DNA of 36,595 bases from Candidatus Krumholzibacteriia bacterium (GCA_036351155.1 JAZBOO010000245.1:1-36595), one strand, 5' to 3'. Positions 6,680 to 15,745 are shown, counted from the first letter of the stretch. Numbers and translations: made by a program. The notes: generated by a model not told the origin, from the letters alone.

Positions 6680-9127
6680 ATGTCCAGTTCGTCTAATTCC
6701 AGCAATGCGGGATCACCGGGACTTGCCCGATGGTTGAATGGAGCGGCCCTGGCCGCATTGATCCTGCCCTTGTTGATGGTCTCGGTTGCGTCTGCCGACC
6801 CCGCCGACCATCTGATCATTTCCGAGTTGATGATCATGACGCGCAGTCCGGCCTCGACCTTCGGGAGCCCCTTCGTCGCGATCACCAATCCCACCGCAGG
6901 TGACCTGGACCTCAGCGACGTCTATCTGACCGACGGCACCACGGCTCCGAGTGCCTTCTATTACAATATCGCCCTGGGCAACCTGGCGGCCGGAAATCCC
7001 GGTGGGGGCAACGGCGGCGACTTCCACGCGCGCTTCCCCGCGGGCTTCGTTCTGCCTGCCGGACAGACCCTGGTCATCTCCCTCAAGGGGAGCACCGAGT
7101 TTGTGGCGGCCTATGGGCGCACCCCTGATTTCGAGCTGTTCGAGGACAGCCCGGTGCCCGACAACGTGCCCGAGCTGCGCGAGGCCTTCCCCGGCAGCAT
7201 CAATGCCGGCCCACTGGGCGGGACCAACATTCCCGTGCTGAGTGACGTGGCCGAGAGTCTGGTGCTCTACACCTGGGACGGCAGTGCCGATCAGGTGATC
7301 GACCTGGACTACGTGATGTGGGGCAGCAACCCCAGTCCGCGGGTGGACAAGACCGGCGTGACCATCGGCGGGCACACCTACCTGGCGGACACGCCGGTGG
7401 CGGCCCAGGAACCGGTGGCCGCGGTGGGGCCCACCTTCCGCCATTCTTTCCGGCGCGTTTCCACCGATGAGGGCACCGAAACCCTCACCGGAGGCAACGG
7501 TCTGAACGGGCATGACGAGACCAGCGAAAACCTGGCGACCACCTGGGCCGATGTGACGCCCCCCGTCCCAGCTGATGACCTGGCCGAGATATTCCCCTCG
7601 GCCCCCATCGTCACGGCCCTGGAAAGCGGCAACGCCTACGGGGGCCAGGAAGTGACGGTGACCGCGGCGGTGGTCACCTTCGGCACCATGGATGCGGTCA
7701 CCTTCCACTACAGTGTGGACGGTGGGGCGTTTGCCTCGGCGGCCGGCACCGATGCGGGTTCCGGCTCCTGGGAAGGGATCATTCCCGCCCAGGCCGAGGA
7801 CGCCGTGGTGTCATTCTACTGCGTGGCCGAGAACGCCGACGGCGGAATGGCCACCTATCCGGTGGCTGCGCCGTTCTTTGGGACGGCCACCTACACGGTT
7901 GAAGAGGCGCCCGCGCCTCCGACCGTGGCCCACAAGCTGCTGATCTCCGAGGTCAGCACCGGGCAGAACATCTATCCCTTCACCGGGATGGAGCAGATCG
8001 CCATGGAATTCATCGAGATCCACAATCCGAATGACTTTGCCGTGGACATGAGCGATTACTACCTGACCGACGCCATCAATTACAACTTCAGCACCCAGCT
8101 GTACTGGTTCATCACCCAGGGCGATCCTGCTCAGGACACCATCGGCGGCGGACACTACAACGATTTCCATGCCCGCTTCCCCGCCGGCTACATGCTGGAA
8201 GCCGGGGGAACCATCACCATCTCCATGGCGGGCAGCGGCTGGTTCGAGGCCTACTTCGGCATCCTGCCCGACCTGGAAATGTACGAGGACGCTGCGGAGC
8301 CCGATCTGGTGCCGGACATGCGGCCGGTGTTCGTGAACCCGGGCGATGATCTGCCCGGCGACAGCATCTTCACCGCCGATCGTCCCACCACCAGCGGCGA
8401 CCAGCTGCCCAAGGGTATTCCCGAGATGGAGGAGTTCTATGGCGAGCCTCTGATCCTGTACCACTTCGTGGAGGGAGCAGAGCTGGTCACCGACATTGAC
8501 ATCTTCGTGTGGGGTGACGAGAGGACCGGCAGCTATCGCTACGGTTTCGCCAAAACAGGCCCCGACTATCAGCCCGACACGCCCATCGACCTGCAGGACT
8601 GGTACCTGCCCCTGGACCAGTCGGGCACCCTGAGCTACACCCGCGTCGACGCGGAAGAGGGCACCCAGGCCACCAGCGGCGGCAACGGCGTGGACGGCCG
8701 CGACGAGACCAGCGAGAACGTGAGCGACACTTTCGACCTGCTGGGCTTCTCGCCCGGTTTCTTCCTGGCCGGTGGTGGGGGCGACGTGACGGCCATCAAG
8801 CTGATGGTGCCCGCCGCGACCTTCAACCCCTACCTGGGCGAGAACTTCCCCATCCAGGTGGTATCGCGCAGCAACAGCGAAACCCGCGTGCGGGTGTTCG
8901 ACCGCGAAGGCCGGCTGGTGGTCAGCCTGTACGACAGCCGCTTCGACGGTGAGGCCTCGTCCTTCTCCGAGCTGCCGACGCGCATCACCTGGGACGGTCG
9001 TTCCGACACCTACGATCGCGTGCCGGCCGGCATGTACATCTTGCACCTCTCGGTCGTGGACGACGCGACCGGTGAAGAAGAAACCCAAACCGTGCCGGTG
9101 GTCGTGGCCACGCGGCTGAGCAACTAG
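6680..9127 (+). CDS. Secreted acidic protein: two lamin-tail-like (LTD) repeats, a central Ig-like domain and a C-terminal FlgD-Ig domain
   Basis: Signal peptide (..VASA|D). Repeats begin HLIISE..FVAITNP..LDLSDVYLTD and KLLISEV..EFIEIHNP..VDMSDYYLTD, the LTD pattern. C-terminus has VRVFDREGRLV..ITWDGR..VPAGMYILHL, typical of FlgD_ig/T9SS-like CTDs. Confidence 0.8.
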   Translation: MSSSSNSSNAGSPGLARWLNGAALAALILPLLMVSVASADPADHLIISELMIMTRSPASTFGSPFVAITNPTAGDLDLSDVYLTDGTTAPSAFYYNIALGNLAAGNPGGGNGGDFHARFPAGFVLPAGQTLVISLKGSTEFVAAYGRTPDFELFEDSPVPDNVPELREAFPGSINAGPLGGTNIPVLSDVAESLVLYTWDGSADQVIDLDYVMWGSNPSPRVDKTGVTIGGHTYLADTPVAAQEPVAAVGPTFRHSFRRVSTDEGTETLTGGNGLNGHDETSENLATTWADVTPPVPADDLAEIFPSAPIVTALESGNAYGGQEVTVTAAVVTFGTMDAVTFHYSVDGGAFASAAGTDAGSGSWEGIIPAQAEDAVVSFYCVAENADGGMATYPVAAPFFGTATYTVEEAPAPPTVAHKLLISEVSTGQNIYPFTGMEQIAMEFIEIHNPNDFAVDMSDYYLTDAINYNFSTQLYWFITQGDPAQDTIGGGHYNDFHARFPAGYMLEAGGTITISMAGSGWFEAYFGILPDLEMYEDAAEPDLVPDMRPVFVNPGDDLPGDSIFTADRPTTSGDQLPKGIPEMEEFYGEPLILYHFVEGAELVTDIDIFVWGDERTGSYRYGFAKTGPDYQPDTPIDLQDWYLPLDQSGTLSYTRVDAEEGTQATSGGNGVDGRDETSENVSDTFDLLGFSPGFFLAGGGGDVTAIKLMVPAATFNPYLGENFPIQVVSRSNSETRVRVFDREGRLVVSLYDSRFDGEASSFSELPTRITWDGRSDTYDRVPAGMYILHLSVVDDATGEEETQTVPVVVATRLSN
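6809..8734 (+). repeat. Internal duplication (about 250-270 aa unit at ~6809-7546 and ~7931-8734)
   Basis: Shared blocks DFHARFPAG, G..PD.E..ED, L.LY, D.D...WG, K.TG, Y..DTP and EGT....GGNG..G.DETSEN. DNA similarity is still visible (gacgagaccagcgaaaac at 7514 vs gacgagaccagcgagaac at 8702). Confidence 0.9.
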
Positions 9128-9141
9128 AAGGAGGGTGAGCG

Positions 9142-10050
9142 ATGTTCCGGACACATGAAAAACGCGGCCTGCTGCCGCTGCTGATGGTCCTGGTGGTGCT
9201 TGGCCTCTCGGCCCAGCCCGCCCTGGCCCTTTTCGAGGAAACCCCGGCCAGCGCCGCGTCGCGCAGCATGGGGGAAACCGGTGTGGCCGTGGTGGATCAC
9301 GCCTATGCCGGATTGTACAATCCCGCCCAGCTGGCCACCGTCAGCCGAGGGCAGGCCGCCGTCAGCTACGTGCGGCCTTTCGGGTACAGCTACAACGAGT
9401 TCATGACCCTCGGTGGCGCGGTGCCCATCGACGCCCGCTACGGGAACCTGGGTTTCAACGTCACCAACTTCACGGTGCACTACCAGGACACCGATCTGCT
9501 CAAGGAAACCCGCCTGACCCTGGCCCATGGTCTGACCCTGTTCGAGGACATGCACTCGAGCATCCGGTTCGGCTACGCATTGAACCTGTACCGGGCCGAA
9601 CTGGCCACCACGGTTTCAGGGGACGAGCCGGGCGATGACACGGCTCTGGGCATGGACGTGGGCATGCACATGACCCTGCGCAAGCGCACCCACATCGGGT
9701 TCAAGGTCCAGAACCTGAACAACCCGGACATCGGCGTGGACCAGGAAGAGCTGGGCCGTCGCCTGATCGCGGGCATCGCCTACGAGCCCTACGACGGCGT
9801 GGTCACCACCTTCGAGTTTGACAACGAGCTGGGGCAGGAGCTCCAGTACCACGGCGGCGTGGCCATGACCGTGGTCGAGGGCTTCCAGCTGCGCGCCGGC
9901 CTCGTGACCAACCCCAACAAGCTGACGGGCGGCTTTGCCTACAGCATCATGGACTTTGCCCTGGATTACGGGTTCTCCAGCGGGGGCGGCACCCTGGAAA
10001 GCACCCACCAGTTCGGGCTGAGGTTCGCCTGGGGCGGTGAGGCGCAGTGA
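9142..10050 (+). CDS. PorV/PorQ-like (FadL-superfamily) outer-membrane beta-barrel
   Basis: Signal peptide (ALA|L). N-terminal plug SAASRSMGETGVA..AGLYNPAQLA with the NPA motif, followed by amphipathic beta-strands ending HQFGLRFAW; 302 aa. Confidence 0.7.
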   Translation: MFRTHEKRGLLPLLMVLVVLGLSAQPALALFEETPASAASRSMGETGVAVVDHAYAGLYNPAQLATVSRGQAAVSYVRPFGYSYNEFMTLGGAVPIDARYGNLGFNVTNFTVHYQDTDLLKETRLTLAHGLTLFEDMHSSIRFGYALNLYRAELATTVSGDEPGDDTALGMDVGMHMTLRKRTHIGFKVQNLNNPDIGVDQEELGRRLIAGIAYEPYDGVVTTFEFDNELGQELQYHGGVAMTVVEGFQLRAGLVTNPNKLTGGFAYSIMDFALDYGFSSGGGTLESTHQFGLRFAWGGEAQ

Positions 10051-10052
10051 GC

Positions 10053-12587
10053 ATGAATCCCAAACGAGCGGATGGTTCCCGTGGACGCCGGTGGGCCTGG
10101 GTCGGGCTGGTCCTGGCACTGGCTCTGACCTGGTGTCCGGGACTGTCCGGGTCGCCGGGCGGTTCTGCCCTGGCGGCCGAAGCCACCCATCTGGACCTGA
10201 ACCGGGCCAGCCTGGAAGAGGTGATGCAGCTGCCCATCTCTGAAGAGCTGGCGCGCCACATCATCGACCACCGCGACTACGTGCGTTTTTACGACAACGT
10301 GTTTCAGCTGATGGAAATCGAGGGGATGACCCCGGAGATCTTCGCTCAGCTGAAGCCCCTGGTTGCTACCATGCCCCCGCCGGAACTGGATGCCTCCATT
10401 GCCCGCCTGTCGGCCAGTTACCGGCAAGTTCAGCGCTACCTGGGCCAGGAAGGCTCCAACGAGGGCCTGGTGGACGAGTACCTGGACAAGCTGCGCAATC
10501 CCGAGAACATCAACCACATGGACCTGTACGACCTGATGTCGTACCAGATGGTTTCGCCGGTCGATGCCACCAACATCCTGAAGGCCCGCGAGCGGCTGGG
10601 GGCTTTCGAAAGCACCCGTCAGCTCCGGGGGAGCGAAGGTTTACGCTACTACTCGTACCGCAACCTGCGCGACTTCGTGGTGTTCAACGAGCAGGAGATG
10701 ACCACCGGTGGCGGACTGAACGGCTACCTGCAAACCCGCTACTGGGAAACGCCCTATTCCAGCGATGACGACGAGCTGGGCGCCGTGGCCAAGGGTTTGC
10801 CGCGCCGGCGATTCCTGGTTGGCGAGACCGAGCTGTACCAGCCGGGCTGGATGAACAAGGTCCGCGTGACGGGGGAGCACGGGTTCTCCGCCGGCATGCT
10901 GTCCGTGCGCGAGTACGGAGAGCGTGACCTGGGCGAAACCGCCAAGGCTTACGTGGGCATCCAGGATCACGTCAAGGATGGCTGGGGCCTCAAAGGGGCC
11001 TACTTTGGCAACTTCCGGGCGGCCTTTGGCCTGGGACTGGTCATGGACAACACCGACTTTATCCATTTCCGCAAAACCGGCTTCGGCTTCAACAAGCGTA
11101 TTCTGGGCGTGCACGGCGACCTCAGCCGCAGCCACGAATACAGCCTGACCGGGGCGGCGGCCGAGTTTTCGCTGGGCCGGGTGAATGCCTCGTTCTTCGC
11201 GTCCAGCGAGAAAAAGGACGGCATCCTCAACCCCAACGGCACCATCAATCGCTACGTGACCATGCAGCCCCGGCCCGATGCCCAGTGGCTTGAGGAGCGC
11301 GTGGTTGACGGGGTGCCCAGCGGCCTGCGCCGCGATGCCTTCAAGGAAACTCTGCTGGGCGGCAACATGAAAGTGATGCTGGCCCCGGGCACCTTCGTCG
11401 GACTCACGGGCTATCAGGCCAACTACGACAAGGGCTGGCAGGCCGACGTGTCTACCCTGGTGCTGGATGAGAGCCGTCTCGAGGCCCGGGACAGTGAAAT
11501 CACCTCGTCCTATACCAGCGTGTTCGACTACGGCGACACCACCGAGACCTTCAAGTGGCGCCGCGTGATGGGAGCGGAGGCACAGGCCGTGCTGGGCAAC
11601 ACCTCGGTTCAGGCCGAGTACGCCTTCCTGCAGGACCCGCGCAACAGTTTCCTGGACAGCAAGAATCCCGACGCCTACATCGTCAACGTGTTCAGCCAGT
11701 GGAGCAACCTGCACCTGCTGGCCATCTTCCGTGACTATGACCTGGGCTTTGACAACCCTTACAACCGGGCCTTCAGCAACGACAATCGCTACGAGCAGAC
11801 CATTCTGGATGCCCCGTACCGGCTGGATGACGATCTGTACACCTGGGTCGAGGCCAACGCGCCCCAGCCCAAGCCGGAAAAGGGCATCTTCCTGGACATG
11901 CGCTACCGGATCAGCCGCACGCTCATTCTCAGCGGGCTGCAGTACGACCAGTGGCAGCGCAAGTCCGACGGCGCCGATCTGATGCGTTACACGATCAAGG
12001 GCGAGTATCAGCCCCTGTTCAACCTGCGCTTCAAGGTGCGGCATCGCTACAGCAGTCGCAGCGAGAACAATCCCGACGATGTGCGGGTGTACCGCAACTG
12101 GGAAACCCGCTGGCAGATGACGGCCTTGCTGAGCAATTACAATCGCCTGGGGTTCACCTACGTGACCAGCAACGTGTTCTTTCCGTCGCGGCCTCGCCTG
12201 AGCGGCACGCCCGAGCCGGCAAGTAACCCGTCGGTGGGCACGGCCGGATCGCCGGCCCATGCCTTCGAAGCACGGTACGAGCACAACCTGACCCCGGGAA
12301 TCAAGTTCACGTTCGCTTCGGCCGTGTACGACGGGTTCTTCTGGAATTTCGAGGGCAACGAGTTCGTGTTGCTGGACAACAACGGGTTCCGCAACTGGTT
12401 CAAGGTGGAAAGCCGGGTGTCCGAGCGCCTGCTGTTCCAGCTCAAGGTGACCCGGGACCACAACATGCCCACGACGTATCTGGATGTCCGGGAATTCGAC
12501 AACGATTCCTACGGAGGCGTCCCCGACGCGAACTACGTTCCCAAGGATCAGACCTTTGTCCGTCTGCAGATGGATTACACGTTCTAG
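10053..12587 (+). CDS. Outer-membrane beta-barrel protein with two N-terminal ComEA-type helix-hairpin-helix modules
   Basis: Signal peptide. HLDLNRASLEEVMQLP..LARHIIDHR..FQLMEIEGM..FAQLKPLV and NINHMDLYDL..NILKARERLGAFES..LRDFV match the ComEA HhH pattern. The Tyr/Trp/Gly-rich beta region ends in beta-signal LQMDYTF. GTG at 10047 is an alternative start. Confidence 0.8.
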   Translation: MNPKRADGSRGRRWAWVGLVLALALTWCPGLSGSPGGSALAAEATHLDLNRASLEEVMQLPISEELARHIIDHRDYVRFYDNVFQLMEIEGMTPEIFAQLKPLVATMPPPELDASIARLSASYRQVQRYLGQEGSNEGLVDEYLDKLRNPENINHMDLYDLMSYQMVSPVDATNILKARERLGAFESTRQLRGSEGLRYYSYRNLRDFVVFNEQEMTTGGGLNGYLQTRYWETPYSSDDDELGAVAKGLPRRRFLVGETELYQPGWMNKVRVTGEHGFSAGMLSVREYGERDLGETAKAYVGIQDHVKDGWGLKGAYFGNFRAAFGLGLVMDNTDFIHFRKTGFGFNKRILGVHGDLSRSHEYSLTGAAAEFSLGRVNASFFASSEKKDGILNPNGTINRYVTMQPRPDAQWLEERVVDGVPSGLRRDAFKETLLGGNMKVMLAPGTFVGLTGYQANYDKGWQADVSTLVLDESRLEARDSEITSSYTSVFDYGDTTETFKWRRVMGAEAQAVLGNTSVQAEYAFLQDPRNSFLDSKNPDAYIVNVFSQWSNLHLLAIFRDYDLGFDNPYNRAFSNDNRYEQTILDAPYRLDDDLYTWVEANAPQPKPEKGIFLDMRYRISRTLILSGLQYDQWQRKSDGADLMRYTIKGEYQPLFNLRFKVRHRYSSRSENNPDDVRVYRNWETRWQMTALLSNYNRLGFTYVTSNVFFPSRPRLSGTPEPASNPSVGTAGSPAHAFEARYEHNLTPGIKFTFASAVYDGFFWNFEGNEFVLLDNNGFRNWFKVESRVSERLLFQLKVTRDHNMPTTYLDVREFDNDSYGGVPDANYVPKDQTFVRLQMDYTF

Positions 12588-12631
12588 GCCACCGGGCCCC
12601 AACGCTTTGAAGATGCGAGGAGTCATTGACA

Positions 12632-13969
12632 ATGAGCAAACGCACGACACATAAAGGAGCCCTTCTGGCTCTGACGGGTCTGATGGCCTTCCTGGGAATG
12701 GCGGGCCCCGCCCTGGCCGGTCCCCAGATCATGTCCGCCTACGGGGATCAGTTGCCCTGGTACTCGGCCGAGGTCAACGCCATGGGCGCCACCGGAGCCG
12801 CGCTGTACCGCGGGGGCTACTCCGCCCTGTTCAACCCGGCTTTTCTGGTGGCCGAGCAGTCGGTCCAGATCAATGCGGGCCTGGCTCTCGAGCAGTCGGC
12901 GGAAGATCGCTTCCAGCCTCTGTTCGACAGCTTCGACAACTACGTCACCGATGCGGCCATCGCCAGCAACCGGCAGCACTACTGGTCCACGGGCTTTGCC
13001 GCGGCCGGGCGGGTGCTGAACGGCGAGAAGTACCCGGTCACCCTGGGTGTGAGCCTGACCGACCGGTACCCCTTCGGTTACACCTTTGCCGAGGAGCTGC
13101 GCAGCCCTTACATCCACAACGATCCCACCCAGCGGGACCAGATCCTGGAAACCCGTCTGCATGAGGTGACCGGCACGCTCCGCCAGCTTTCGCTGGGCGC
13201 CGGCGTGGGCCTGGGCGACCGCTTCTCCGCCGGACTGGCCGTGAACTACGCCTTCGGCAACCGCAACGAGGTGACCACGGTGCGCGATCAGCTGATCGGC
13301 CTGGGCGAGGACGACGAGAGCTACCGCAACGAGTCGGACTACGAACTGAGCGGCGTCAACTTCACCCTGGGATTGCGCGGCCAGATCAACGAGCGCATCG
13401 AGGTGGGAGTGGCCTGGGAAAGCCAGCTGAATGTGGACGGCCACTTCGGTTTCGAGTCAACCACGGCCACCCCGGACACCACCTTGATCTCCGGGTACGA
13501 GGGGCACTACCGCTATCCCAACATCTTCCGGGCCGGATTGACCTTCCAGCCCCGGACCGATCCCCGGACCACCTTCTCGGTGGAAGTGGAATACAAGCCG
13601 TTCAGTGAAATGGTGGATTCGCAAAATCCTGGTTATGATAATCCCCAGAACCTGTCCGATGTGACGGACGCCCGGGTGGGCGTGGAACACGTGTTCTACA
13701 ACGGCATGCCCCTGCGTTTCGGTTTCCGTTACATCGACACCTATGCCGACTGGGAAGCCTCGACCAGTGTCTTTTCCGCCGGCGTGGGCATGCCCGTGCA
13801 CGGCGGCATGGTCTCGGCCACGGTGGAGCTGAGCAAGCTCACCAGCATTGGCGAGCACGTGTTCGGCTACCCCGAGGAGTACCTCGGTGACGGCTACCAG
13901 ACCGATCCCGAGGCCCGGATCGAGGACACCCGCTTCCGGGTGGGCGTGGGCTACCAAGTGAACTTCTAG
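12632..13969 (+). CDS. FadL/OmpP1-like outer-membrane beta-barrel
   Basis: Signal peptide (ALA|G). Plug motif AEVNAMGATGAA..SALFNPAFL, alternating beta-strands and C-terminal VGYQVNF. RBS GAGGAG before ATG 12632. Confidence 0.72.
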   Translation: MSKRTTHKGALLALTGLMAFLGMAGPALAGPQIMSAYGDQLPWYSAEVNAMGATGAALYRGGYSALFNPAFLVAEQSVQINAGLALEQSAEDRFQPLFDSFDNYVTDAAIASNRQHYWSTGFAAAGRVLNGEKYPVTLGVSLTDRYPFGYTFAEELRSPYIHNDPTQRDQILETRLHEVTGTLRQLSLGAGVGLGDRFSAGLAVNYAFGNRNEVTTVRDQLIGLGEDDESYRNESDYELSGVNFTLGLRGQINERIEVGVAWESQLNVDGHFGFESTTATPDTTLISGYEGHYRYPNIFRAGLTFQPRTDPRTTFSVEVEYKPFSEMVDSQNPGYDNPQNLSDVTDARVGVEHVFYNGMPLRFGFRYIDTYADWEASTSVFSAGVGMPVHGGMVSATVELSKLTSIGEHVFGYPEEYLGDGYQTDPEARIEDTRFRVGVGYQVNF

Positions 13970-13982
13970 GGAAGCGAGATAG

Positions 13983-15713
13983 ATGATGTTGCACGTGAAA
14001 TTTCTTGTGGCGGCCCTGCTGACCATGGTTCTGGGAACCGGTCTGCCGGCTGCGGCCGCCAACCCGGCCACCGATGTGGATGGGGACGGCATCCTGCGGG
14101 TGCACCTGATCTGGACCAACGACCTGCACGGCCATATCGCGCCCGAGCCGGCCCGGTTCATGAACCCCGAGTTTCCTCCGCCCCTGGGCGGCGGGGCTTC
14201 GGCGGCCCGCTATATCAAGGAGATCCGGGCCAAGGCGGCCACCACCGGCGACGAGGTTCTGCTGGTGGATGTGGGCGATCTGTTCCAGGGCACCCCCATC
14301 GGAACCAAGACCCAGGGCACCGCGGTCATCGAGTACTTCAACTCGATTGGTTACGAGTTCGTGGTGCCGGGCAACCATGATTTCGATCTGGGCCGGGAGA
14401 ACTGCGAACGCCTGGCCCGCATGTCCGATTTTCCCTGGATCAGCGCCAACATCGACGAGGAAAGCACCGGCCAGCTGGTCGACTGGGTGCAGCCCACTTT
14501 GATGCTGGAGTACCAGGGCGTGAAGATCGGCGTGGTGGGTATCACCACGCCCAGCACCGAGACCATGTCCTTTCCCCAGAATGTGGCGGGGCTCAAGTTC
14601 CAGCCCATGGCCGAGCGTCTGATCAAGTACCGCGATCAGCTCAAGGCCGAGGGGGCGGACATCATTTTCCTGGGTATTCATGAAGGGCTGCCCTACGACC
14701 CGAAGAAGGGCTGGCAGCGGATCACCGGGGCCACCGAGACCGAGACCGAGGCCGAGCAGCAGGGCACCTACGGGAGCAATCATTCCCATGGCGGCCAGAA
14801 CCTGATGGAGCTGGTGCACGAGGTGTCGGGAATCGATTTTGCGGTGGGCGGTCACACGCATCGCGGGTACCACCACCCCTGGATCGACCCCAAGAACCAC
14901 ACCCTGTGCTTCGAGAGCTTCGGCAACGGGAGCAGTCTGGGCCATGCGGTGCTGCTGATCGACCGGAAAACCAAGACCCTGCTGGGCTACGAGCCGGCCC
15001 ACGACCAGGGCACCCTGATCACCCTGTTCGAGGACGAGATCTGGCCCGACCAGGAAACCCGTGAGGTGCTGCGTCCGCACCAGGAAGCCACCGAGGCGGC
15101 CATGCAGGCCGTGGTGGGGACCTCGGCCATTGCCCTGGGCAGAGGTGGAGCCGGAGCCAACCTGGTGGGTAACCTGGTCACCGATGCCATGGTCGAGTAC
15201 TTCGATGCCGACTTCAGTTTCCAGAACCTGGGTGGGCTGCGCGCCGATTTGCCGGCGGGCGATCTGCGGGCCCAGGACATCTTCAGCGTGCTGCCTTTCG
15301 GCAACGAGCTGGTGGTGGTCGAGATGGACGGCCGAATGGTGCGGCAAATCGTCGAGCGCAAGCTGGCCGGCAACAGCAGCGGTATCGTGACCGGCGGGGC
15401 CAAGATCTATTTCGACAAGACGCGGCCCGACTACGACCGGCTGGTGGAGTTCGAGGTGGGCGGGGCCCCCTGGGAGGCCGACCGCATCTACCGGGTGGTG
15501 TGCACCAACTTCCTGATGGAAGGCAACAGCGGGCTGCATTTCCTGACTTCCGTGCCTGCGGCGAACATCACCCCGACCCAGATCACCACCGCCGAATGCG
15601 TGGAGCACTACCTGTCTCTGCACAGTCCGGTGCGGCCCCGGGTGGATGACCGCTGGGTGGAAAAACCGGGACAGCCCCAGAAGGGCTACCTGGCCACGGA
15701 GTACTTGCCCTGA
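13983..15713 (+). CDS. Exported 5'-nucleotidase / UDP-sugar hydrolase family protein (metallophosphoesterase plus 5'-nucleotidase C-terminal domain)
   Basis: Metal-binding motifs TNDLHGH, GDLFQG, GNHDFD, IHEG and GGHTH; C-domain QNLGGLRA, LPFGN and NFL..G; signal peptide. Confidence 0.93.
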   Translation: MMLHVKFLVAALLTMVLGTGLPAAAANPATDVDGDGILRVHLIWTNDLHGHIAPEPARFMNPEFPPPLGGGASAARYIKEIRAKAATTGDEVLLVDVGDLFQGTPIGTKTQGTAVIEYFNSIGYEFVVPGNHDFDLGRENCERLARMSDFPWISANIDEESTGQLVDWVQPTLMLEYQGVKIGVVGITTPSTETMSFPQNVAGLKFQPMAERLIKYRDQLKAEGADIIFLGIHEGLPYDPKKGWQRITGATETETEAEQQGTYGSNHSHGGQNLMELVHEVSGIDFAVGGHTHRGYHHPWIDPKNHTLCFESFGNGSSLGHAVLLIDRKTKTLLGYEPAHDQGTLITLFEDEIWPDQETREVLRPHQEATEAAMQAVVGTSAIALGRGGAGANLVGNLVTDAMVEYFDADFSFQNLGGLRADLPAGDLRAQDIFSVLPFGNELVVVEMDGRMVRQIVERKLAGNSSGIVTGGAKIYFDKTRPDYDRLVEFEVGGAPWEADRIYRVVCTNFLMEGNSGLHFLTSVPAANITPTQITTAECVEHYLSLHSPVRPRVDDRWVEKPGQPQKGYLATEYLP

Positions 15714-15745
15714 CCTGCCGGTCGGGACTCCTTTTGTGGAAATGA

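Noticed and set aside
10641..12650. Long antisense ORFs (669 aa here; also 7811-9154, 13839-15623, 15762-17144, 24612-26042 and 30485-32140)
   Set aside because: Shadow ORFs opposite well-supported genes. They are expected from high GC3 codon bias and contain no family motifs.
14733..14756. (ACCGAG)3-GCCGAG hexamer repeat in the 5'-nucleotidase
   Set aside because: In-frame and short, encoding a TETETEAE loop. It cannot cause frameshift phase variation.
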